32,209 nt of DNA. Source: Candidatus Woesearchaeota archaeon (GTDB taxonomy: Archaea > Nanobdellota > Nanobdellia > Woesearchaeales > GW2011-AR9). The notes beneath the pieces are model-generated. The model did not search any database. It had not been told where the DNA came from and worked only from the letters and a program-made list of their open reading frames with translations. Of the stretch, positions 8,469 to 15,264 are shown piece after piece. Within the stretch, counting starts at the first letter, position 1; each line of letters opens with the position of its first letter. The translations under genes and the position numbers were made by a program. The stretch covers positions 1 through 32,209 of the forward strand of contig JACPNC010000023.1 of NCBI GenBank assembly GCA_016185685.1. The letters are read 5' to 3'.

Positions 8469-9461
8469 ATGACACTGATGAATAAAACAGCAACAGAAGA
8501 AAACAAAGAACTTAAGGGAAAAACACTAGAGAAAACAATAACAGAACCAAAAGCAATCGTGACCGTTCCACCTTATGCTCCATTTATTGATGAGATAGTA
8601 GAACATCCGCTCGTTAGTGGGATTCGTTTAAATATAGTCATGCCTCTCAAAGGTAGTAGAAGAGATAACCTCAAACGATTACAAGATCTCGCCGGCTATA
8701 AAGATCTCTGGATAGATTTAAAATGCCGTCAATTACGAATAAAAACGTATGGTGTTCCGCCATTTACTGAAGTAGAGTTGTCGCATATTATTGGCGTAAA
8801 TACTCCAACAACCGCATATTTTACGGGAGGAAAAGAAGGAAAAATACCAGTAACTGTGCTTGCTGTTGAAGGAAACAAACTAATAATGCAAGATGGACCC
8901 CATCGTGTAGTTGGACCGGGAGAAAGTATAAACATCCCAGATTCTTCATTAAAGATTGAAGGATATTTTACAGAGACCGATTTACAATATATCACTGCTG
9001 CAAAAGAAATAGGTTTGCATCGCTACATGCTTTCATTTGTAGAAAAAAAAGAAGACATAGATGCCTTGCGTGGATTTGATAAAAATGCAAAAATAATTGC
9101 AAAGATTGAATCACAAAAGGGATTAGGATATGTTGCAAAAGAGTGGAATAAAAATCAGGAAACTCGCTTAATGGCTGCACGGGGAGATTTGTATATGGAA
9201 GTGAAAAAACCGCATGAAATCTTAGATGCTGTAGAAGGAATTGTTGCAAAAGATCCATCGGCCATTGCCGCGTCAAGAATTTTAGATTCTTTTGCAGATT
9301 CATTAGAACCTACCTGTCAAGACATCAGTGATATTGATAACCTCTTGCGCATGGGTTATCGTACCTTTATGCTTGGAGATGAAGTCTGTTTACGAAGAGA
9401 ATCCGTGCTTAGTGCATTAAATTTATTAAACGCAGTGTGTGAGAGGTATAAAGGAAAGTAA
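8469..9461 (+). CDS. Pyruvate kinase-like TIM-barrel protein lacking the C-terminal allosteric domain
   Basis: Pyruvate kinase (PK) landmarks occur in order: IRLNIVMPLKG (vs NFSHG), WIDLKCRQLR (vs LDTKGPEIR), IIAKIESQKGL (vs KIENxEG), MAARGDLYMEV (vs MVARGDLGVEI), AASRILDSF (vs ATQMLESM) and MLGDEV (vs MLSGET). The protein is only 330 aa, against about 470 for canonical PK. Confidence 0.65.
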   Translation: MTLMNKTATEENKELKGKTLEKTITEPKAIVTVPPYAPFIDEIVEHPLVSGIRLNIVMPLKGSRRDNLKRLQDLAGYKDLWIDLKCRQLRIKTYGVPPFTEVELSHIIGVNTPTTAYFTGGKEGKIPVTVLAVEGNKLIMQDGPHRVVGPGESINIPDSSLKIEGYFTETDLQYITAAKEIGLHRYMLSFVEKKEDIDALRGFDKNAKIIAKIESQKGLGYVAKEWNKNQETRLMAARGDLYMEVKKPHEILDAVEGIVAKDPSAIAASRILDSFADSLEPTCQDISDIDNLLRMGYRTFMLGDEVCLRRESVLSALNLLNAVCERYKGK

Positions 9462-9492
9462 GAGATAAGTAAATTTGCCAGAAAGACTTAAA

Positions 9493-9514
9493 TATAACCT
9501 TAATTAAGGTTATA
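9493..9514. promoter_or_regulatory. Perfect 22-bp palindrome, candidate operator in the mntA promoter region
   Basis: tataaccttaattaaggttata is its own reverse complement and lies 22-43 nt upstream of ATG 9536. A third half-site, aaggtta, sits at 9527-9533. Confidence 0.5.
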
Positions 9515-9535
9515 ATAACCCCAATAAAGGTTAAA

Positions 9536-10045
9536 ATGAACCTCATAACATTTTTACAGAACAATGAAAATTCACGAAAGGTTTTTGGAAAGCGTGAGCT
9601 CAAGATTATTGAAAAACAACTTTTAGGCATTTCGCTCACCCAATCTGAAGCAAATAGACTCTCGCGAGACATCAGGAGAAAATTTTTGTTTATCAAAGAG
9701 TGCTCTCATTTTGAACGGGATTTTCCTCTTAAAAAAGGAGCAGAGATTAAAAAACAGATCTCTGAAATTAAAGAAACAATCTTAAAGGACGTATCATCGC
9801 CAAGAATTACAAAAATAGTTCTCTTTGGGTCTACTGTAGAAAATAAACTCACTTCCCGCTCAGATATAGACGTTGCAGTTATTTTTGAGCAAATAAACTT
9901 ACAAGAAGCCACATTATTTAGAAAGCGGATTCTCGGAAAATCCCCGAGTCGCGCTGATATTCAGGTGTATAATATTCTCCCCACTAAAATAAAAAAAGAG
10001 ATAAATCTCAAAGGAAAAACACTTTATGAGCGCGCAAAAAATTAA
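9536..10045 (+). CDS. mntA: MntA-type nucleotidyltransferase with an N-terminal HTH-like extension
   Basis: The C-terminal half carries VLFGSTVENKLTSRSDIDVAVIF (GS...DxD NTase motif). The N-terminal ~85 aa contain an HTH-like segment (GKRELKIIEKQLLGISLTQSEANRLSRDIRRK). Confidence 0.8.
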   Translation: MNLITFLQNNENSRKVFGKRELKIIEKQLLGISLTQSEANRLSRDIRRKFLFIKECSHFERDFPLKKGAEIKKQISEIKETILKDVSSPRITKIVLFGSTVENKLTSRSDIDVAVIFEQINLQEATLFRKRILGKSPSRADIQVYNILPTKIKKEINLKGKTLYERAKN

Positions 10046-10123
10046 AGAAAATCCTGAAAAATGGCTATCCCCTACCATGAATGGTGGGGATTTACGCCAT
10101 TTTTCCTAGACGGATTTTCTAAA

Positions 10124-10190
10124 ATGAAAAGTAGCGAAATCTCAGCATTCATCTCCAACTATTAATAGTGGAGATTTCTGCTCTTTTCAT
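10124..10190. repeat. 67-nt imperfect palindrome (possible MITE-like insertion) lying in the hepT reading frame
   Basis: The outer arms atgaaaagtagcgaaatctc (10124-10143) and gagatttctgctcttttcat (10171-10190) are reverse complements apart from a 4-nt internal stretch. The inner arms are ctcca/tggag, and the centre is the palindrome ctattaatag, which supplies in-frame TAA-TAG (10163-10168). Confidence 0.7.
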
Positions 10191-10276
10191 TTAAAGATAA
10201 AATTGAAGAAGTAGAACAATATTTAGAAGAACTTACTACTTTTCTTCCTGATGATTTTGAAGTATACGAACATAAT

Positions 10277-10600
10277 GTGGAAAAAAAAGCGGCTTGTGAA
10301 CGTTATTTTGAAAAAATCGTGGAGAGCTTAGTTGATATTTCTTTTCTTGTTCTAAAAGAAGAAGGAGGGAGAATTCCAGAAGAAGACACACAGGCATTTG
10401 ATCTGTTGAGTAAAAAAGAAATAATTCTAGAAGCTCTCTCCACACGCTTAAAAGAAGCAAAAGGCATGCGAAATATATTGGCTCATGAATATGGAATTGT
10501 TGATGACCGGATTGTTTTTGAATCTATAACTTCAGAGCTTGTTGAAGATACAAAAACATTTTTAAATGCAATAAAAAAATATCTCAGAGGTAAAAAATGA
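10277..10600 (+). CDS. hepT: HepT (DUF86) HEPN-family RNase toxin homolog; the N-terminus appears truncated or interrupted
   Basis: The RX4HXY-type motif GMRNILAHEYGIVD is present. The ORF-track start is a GTG, but DUF86-like sequence (FKDKIEEVEQYLEELTTFLPDDFEVYEHN) continues in frame upstream to the TAA-TAG at 10163-10168, with no ATG in between. Confidence 0.75.
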   Translation: MEKKAACERYFEKIVESLVDISFLVLKEEGGRIPEEDTQAFDLLSKKEIILEALSTRLKEAKGMRNILAHEYGIVDDRIVFESITSELVEDTKTFLNAIKKYLRGKK

Positions 10601-11655
10601 CTGCAAAAAGCACAATAGAACACTATCAATCCGTATTTTTAGGCTGCGCTATCGGTGACGCTTTAGGCATGCCAGTGGAAGGAATGAAACCTACACAGAT
10701 TCAGAAATATGTAGGAAGGATAACTGAATTTATTGATCCAGTAGAAGTGCGAAATGATAAAGGCGCTTTAATCTGTATAGATGAATTTGGCAAATTGGGA
10801 TATTACAACATTAAATTATTTGCAGGAGAATATACGGACGATACTATTCGCACCATTGCTTTGGCAGAATCATTGATTCATTGCAAAGAAATAAATTTAG
10901 AAGATATTGCTCAAAGACAGCTTGCAGAATATACAAAACGACTGCGAAAAGACGGAACAGTCAAAGGAGGTTTTGGAGGAACCACCATAGCAGGATTCAA
11001 AAATCTTCAAGCAGGAAAATCATACCAAGAATCAGGAGTTATTGGAGGACCAGGAAATGCTCCGGGTATGATGATGCATCCTCTTGGTTTGTATATGGAT
11101 ACGAAACAAGTAACTGAAGGAATTGAAAAGATTTTACAAGCGGCAATTGCTATAGGAAAAATTACTCATCTCGATCCACGTTCGCTCGCTTCTGGTGTTG
11201 TGCAAGCACATGCTATTTATGGAATTTTAAATGGCAATACACGGGAAGATTTCTTGTCTGCAGCAGAAGCGGTGTGCAGAAGATTTGAACAGCCAGCAAC
11301 ACAAGAATTTTCTTTAGCAGAGCAAGGAAGTTTATTGGAGCGACTAGAATGGACCACTTCACATCAAGATGTTTCTACTGAAGAAGCGCATCAGCACTTA
11401 GGGTCGGGAAGTAAAGTATATTCTTCTTATCCCTTTGCTTTGTTCATGATGCAGAAATACTGGGATGATCCCGTTGAAGGATTGATTGCAACGGTGAATT
11501 ACGGCGGCGATTGCGATACTACCGGGGCAATCTTTGGTGCGCTTGCAGGAGCGCGGCATGGACTGTGCTGGCCAAAAGAGTGGATGGAAACAGTGCAGAA
11601 TGGTGAGTATTTGAAAAAACTTGGAAGCAAGATGTGGGAGATGAAAAGAGAGTAA
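10597..11655 (+). CDS. ADP-ribosylglycohydrolase family protein (ARH/DraG-like)
   Basis: The N-terminal signature FLGCAIGDALGMPVEG and the C-terminal signature NYGGDCDTTGAIFGALAGA match the two metal-binding motifs of the family. The start overlaps the hepT stop (ATGA). Confidence 0.9.
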   Translation: MTAKSTIEHYQSVFLGCAIGDALGMPVEGMKPTQIQKYVGRITEFIDPVEVRNDKGALICIDEFGKLGYYNIKLFAGEYTDDTIRTIALAESLIHCKEINLEDIAQRQLAEYTKRLRKDGTVKGGFGGTTIAGFKNLQAGKSYQESGVIGGPGNAPGMMMHPLGLYMDTKQVTEGIEKILQAAIAIGKITHLDPRSLASGVVQAHAIYGILNGNTREDFLSAAEAVCRRFEQPATQEFSLAEQGSLLERLEWTTSHQDVSTEEAHQHLGSGSKVYSSYPFALFMMQKYWDDPVEGLIATVNYGGDCDTTGAIFGALAGARHGLCWPKEWMETVQNGEYLKKLGSKMWEMKRE

Positions 11656-11657
11656 AC

Positions 11658-11978
11658 ATGGACAAAAAAAAATGCTCTCCTAAAAAACTTCGACATTTCT
11701 TTGTAGAAATTTCACCAGAATATCCTTTTAAAAAAGCATTTCTTTTTGGTTCACGAGCGTGGGGAAAGCCGCGGTATGATAGTGATGTGGACTTATTGCT
11801 AGTTTCTGAAAAATTTAGGAAAAAAGAGAGGTTAGACCGTTCTCCTCCCCTTTATTTAAAATGGAATCTCGAGTATCCGGTAGATTTTCTTTGTTTAACA
11901 CCTGAAGAATTTGAGCATAAGAAGAAACTTATCGGCATTGTTCAAACTGCGGCTAAGGAAGGAATCAGAATAGTTTAG
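11658..11978 (+). CDS. Minimal nucleotidyltransferase (MNT), paralog of the 3365-3685 gene
   Basis: The motif is FLFGSRAWGKPRYDSDVDLLLVS. The C-terminal ..DFLCLTPEEFEHKKK......AKEGIRI parallels ..EMFCYTPQEFALKKK......LKEGVTI of the first MNT. ATG 11658 lies 2 nt after the ARH stop, and an alternative GTG at 11634 overlaps ARH. Confidence 0.8.
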   Translation: MDKKKCSPKKLRHFFVEISPEYPFKKAFLFGSRAWGKPRYDSDVDLLLVSEKFRKKERLDRSPPLYLKWNLEYPVDFLCLTPEEFEHKKKLIGIVQTAAKEGIRIV

Positions 11979-12000
11979 AGTTATTACTTTTCAAGAGTAA

Positions 12001-12012
12001 AGTATATAAATA
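12001..12012 (+). promoter_or_regulatory. TATA-box-like element upstream of the 12033 gene
   Basis: agtatataaata lies 21-32 nt upstream of the ATG, a spacing typical of archaeal short-leader or leaderless promoters. It is nearly identical to the box at 19654-19663 (atataaataag). Confidence 0.4.
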
Positions 12013-12032
12013 AGACGCTAAAAGAAGCTTCT

Positions 12033-12755
12033 ATGAAACACCCCATTACCGCTTTAGACGAAATTATACTTGCACAATTTCAGAAAGTTACCGATAAAGC
12101 CGCAAAGTGTGGATATAGTAAGTATGATTTGAAAACTCCAATTGATTATATCTCTGGAATTAGTATGAGTAGTACTGGCTGTTACATAATTGGAGCAGCA
12201 GTTTCTTCAGAAATTTCTAGTGGAAGTATTTTTGCTGTCGGATTTGGAACTTTATATGCACTTGCAGGAATTGGAATTACATTAATCATAGGTAGAGCCA
12301 ATACAAAAAATGAAAATAAAGAATTAGAAAAAATGATAAAAACAGGCGCCGCCCAACTCCCAGAATTAGATATCGGAAGTATATTTTATCGACTTTCTTG
12401 CCTTGGATTTGGAAGTCGCGCAATTTATAATGGCGCTTGTCAATTAACTCAAGCAGTGCCAACCATGGATAATTTCCAAGACCACATTTATGGTGGACTG
12501 ATTATTGCTTCTTTAGGGATTGCAGCAGTAACAATGGGCATCGGAAACTATCTCAAAAACACCACCATGATTCCTCCAAGAACCAAAAAGCTCCACCAGC
12601 GATTGTATGAAAAAGCAAAAGATTTTTTATCTCCTGCTCCGCAATTACAACCGGTGAGAGTTCCTGTAAACAACAATCTTGAAAATTCTCTTCAAAGTGC
12701 TTTTGAAAATTCTTTTGAAAAACATCTTGAAGATTATTCTGGGAGTTACTCATGA
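12033..12755 (+). CDS. Integral membrane protein, function unknown
   Basis: There are at least three Gly/Ala-rich hydrophobic segments (CYIIGAAVSS, IFAVGFGTLYALAGIGITLIIG, GGLIIASLGIAAVTMGIG). The stop overlaps the nadK start (ATGA). Confidence 0.6.
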   Translation: MKHPITALDEIILAQFQKVTDKAAKCGYSKYDLKTPIDYISGISMSSTGCYIIGAAVSSEISSGSIFAVGFGTLYALAGIGITLIIGRANTKNENKELEKMIKTGAAQLPELDIGSIFYRLSCLGFGSRAIYNGACQLTQAVPTMDNFQDHIYGGLIIASLGIAAVTMGIGNYLKNTTMIPPRTKKLHQRLYEKAKDFLSPAPQLQPVRVPVNNNLENSLQSAFENSFEKHLEDYSGSYS

Positions 12756-13735
12756 ACCCCCTCATCGTTTACAAAAAAAGCGTGTACGAACTCTACAAAG
12801 ACTCCCCTGACCCAGAAGTACGTGCCTATGCTCAGGAAAACGAAATAAAGTTAAAGAAAGGATCAGAAGAACAAAAAAGGACTCTAGAAACGATCACCTC
12901 AGCAGTACAACACTTAGGAATGAGTTATAAAGAATTATATCGCGCAGAACTACAGAATTTATCTCCAGAAGATTTTGCTAAACATGATTTGATTATTAGC
13001 GTTGGTGGAGATGGCACTTTCTTAGAAGTTTCTCACTACCTTCATCAAGCAGATGTGCCGTTACTGGGAGTAAATTCTGATCCAAATAGTAGCGTAGGTT
13101 TTTTCTGCTCTGCTTATAGAGAAAATTTTGCTGAGATACTAGAGAATATAGGAACTCTGCCCCGCACACAACTTCCCCGTTTGCAACTGATCAGAAACGA
13201 TATATCTTTACCAGAGCTTGTTTTAAATGACGTTCTTTTTGCGCATCATAATCCGGCTTCTAACACCCGATTTGTCTTAGAAGTGAGTAAAGAGCCCATT
13301 AGCAACCAAGAAAAAAAAGACATTAGCAATGAAGACAACAAAGAAAAAAAAAATAAAAAAGAAAAAGAATTTGAACCTTCAATTTCCTATCGCGGTAGCA
13401 ACGGAATTTTAGCGTGTACTTCTTCTGGTTCGACCGCTTGGATGTACCAGTTGGGTGAAGAACCATTTGACTTTTCCTGTTCGCTTCTTAAGTATCGTGT
13501 ACGTGATGCACGTGGGGAGCAAGGACGTTTTGCTCAGGAATTAAAAATAACTTCCCAAACAAGGGAAGGAAAAATTTGGATTGATGGTGCGCATTTAAGT
13601 TATGATTTGGGTTTAGGCGGAGTACTAGAAATCCAGCCAGGAACTCCATTGCTGGTAGTAGGAGATTTGCAGGAGAAAAGAAAAAAATGGCTGAAGAAAC
13701 AAAAGGCTAAAGAAACAAAAGAAGTGAAACTATGA
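12752..13735 (+). CDS. nadK: NAD+ kinase
   Basis: The GGDG motif (DLIISVGGDGTFL), the NDV motif (LVLNDVLF) and a TSSGSTAWMYQLG region (equivalent to PTGSTAY) are present. A Lys/Glu/Asn-rich insertion (SNQEKKDISNEDNKEKKNKKEKEFEP) lies between conserved blocks. Confidence 0.85.
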   Translation: MNPLIVYKKSVYELYKDSPDPEVRAYAQENEIKLKKGSEEQKRTLETITSAVQHLGMSYKELYRAELQNLSPEDFAKHDLIISVGGDGTFLEVSHYLHQADVPLLGVNSDPNSSVGFFCSAYRENFAEILENIGTLPRTQLPRLQLIRNDISLPELVLNDVLFAHHNPASNTRFVLEVSKEPISNQEKKDISNEDNKEKKNKKEKEFEPSISYRGSNGILACTSSGSTAWMYQLGEEPFDFSCSLLKYRVRDARGEQGRFAQELKITSQTREGKIWIDGAHLSYDLGLGGVLEIQPGTPLLVVGDLQEKRKKWLKKQKAKETKEVKL

Positions 13736-15264
13736 ACCATCACTCTGAATTAGAGAAACTCGTACATCTCAAACGATTAAGAGAGAAAGAACAAGAAGAA
13801 AAAAGAAGTAGAGAAGAACAAAGCCAAGAACAAAGCTTTCAAACTCAAACCACTACTTCTACCGCTTCTCAAGATTCCCCTCATCACTCTCTCTATCCTC
13901 TTTTACAGCAAGGACAAACTATCTCTCCTGAAAGCCATTCTCCATACACCATTCAACAACTTCTATATCAAGCTCCTGAGCGCCAAACTTATCTTGCTAG
14001 ACATCAAGGAGAAGAAGTAACTCTAAAAGTTGTTACTTTACTTAATCGTTCCGCAGTAGAAGAAGTACAGCGCCTTCAAGAGCGCCTGACACAAGTTAAT
14101 GCCGTTCTTGATCGCGAATGTAAAGTATTTGCTCTCAATTCCTTGCAATATGCTGTTGCGAGCACCTATCTTCCGGGAGATGACCTAAAGCAAGTTATTG
14201 AAAAAAGAAAAAAAGCATTTACAGAAGAAGAAACCATTGATTTTCTTGTCCAAATGCTGGAAGGAGATTTGGGAACTCTGCATGGAAAGAATTCTGTAAA
14301 AGGAGACGGCTGGACACATGGAGATATTAAGCCAAGAAATATTGTATTAACCACTGGAAAAAATGAATCTGGAGAAAATGAGACAGAAAAAAAATATTCA
14401 TTGATTGATTTTGGAAATATTCACAGAGATAATGCAGAAAGAACGCTCACTTTACGTGATTTAGAAGGCAGTTGGAATTACCGCAAATCATGGAAGAGCA
14501 CCTATGAAAAAGAAGACGATTATTTTTCCCTTGCGCGCGTAGGATACTTTTTACTCACGGGAAATGATCCTGCCTTGCTGTTAAGCGGTACTGACAGCAT
14601 GCAGCAGCGCGTTGATAAAGAGCAGTTCAGAGCATTACCAGTGCGTAAAGAATTGCAGGATATCTTGCTAAGGATGCAAGGATATGGAAAACAGTATCAT
14701 GGGATTGAAGGGATGGTGGAGGAGTTAAAAGGATTAGGAAAAGAAAAAATTGAGCAAGATCTAAAAGTTGGATTGAATGAAGAAATACACTGCGGAATAG
14801 AAAAATTCGCCATAATTGCAAGTATTGGTACATTAATTGGAGCAGGAGTATTTTTAGTAACAGCACTTTTAAGTTCTTCTGAACAAAATACTTCAATTTA
14901 TTCACAGCCGCCAGCACAAATTGAAACTGTACGAGAAAAATCTTCACCCCCCTGTTTTATTACCACAGGAAGAGGACAGACAAGCAGGTCAAACTTAGAT
15001 GCAAACTGCGATGGCATCATTGACAATAGTTTTGAAGAAAAAATAAAAGGAGTAGAAGGCACAGTAAAAGATTTTTGGATGACAGAAGGAGAAATCCACA
15101 TAAACAATGATGTTTTTTCGGTGTCAGGTCCTTCAGAGTATATAATCCTTCCAGAAGAAGGGAGATGTGAAAAAAACGATGATACTTGTGATAGTAGGGT
15201 TGACTATTATGCTCCGAATGGTCCAAACGGTCTTGGAGGAAAAGGATATTCCTATCCTTACTGA
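13732..15264 (+). CDS. Membrane-anchored Hanks-type Ser/Thr kinase-like protein with an extracytoplasmic Cys-containing C-terminal region
   Basis: Kinase elements present are VTLKVV, HGDIKPRNIVL and IDFGN. The G-loop is poor. One TM segment follows (FAIIASIGTLIGAGVFLVTALL), then a C-terminal region with several Cys. The start overlaps the nadK stop (ATGA). Confidence 0.75.
   Translation: MNHHSELEKLVHLKRLREKEQEEKRSREEQSQEQSFQTQTTTSTASQDSPHHSLYPLLQQGQTISPESHSPYTIQQLLYQAPERQTYLARHQGEEVTLKVVTLLNRSAVEEVQRLQERLTQVNAVLDRECKVFALNSLQYAVASTYLPGDDLKQVIEKRKKAFTEEETIDFLVQMLEGDLGTLHGKNSVKGDGWTHGDIKPRNIVLTTGKNESGENETEKKYSLIDFGNIHRDNAERTLTLRDLEGSWNYRKSWKSTYEKEDDYFSLARVGYFLLTGNDPALLLSGTDSMQQRVDKEQFRALPVRKELQDILLRMQGYGKQYHGIEGMVEELKGLGKEKIEQDLKVGLNEEIHCGIEKFAIIASIGTLIGAGVFLVTALLSSSEQNTSIYSQPPAQIETVREKSSPPCFITTGRGQTSRSNLDANCDGIIDNSFEEKIKGVEGTVKDFWMTEGEIHINNDVFSVSGPSEYIILPEEGRCEKNDDTCDSRVDYYAPNGPNGLGGKGYSYPY

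Noticed and set aside
10163-10168. Stop-codon reassignment or read-through as an explanation for the in-frame TAA-TAG in hepT
   Set aside because: All other long, motif-supported genes in the window terminate normally with TAA/TAG/TGA and need no recoding. Two different adjacent stops at a palindrome centre point to an inserted element instead.
10881-11117. An Arg/Ser-rich 78-aa ORF in an alternative frame of the ARH gene
   Set aside because: It is embedded in a CDS that has both ARH signature motifs, and its composition is typical of off-frame translation.
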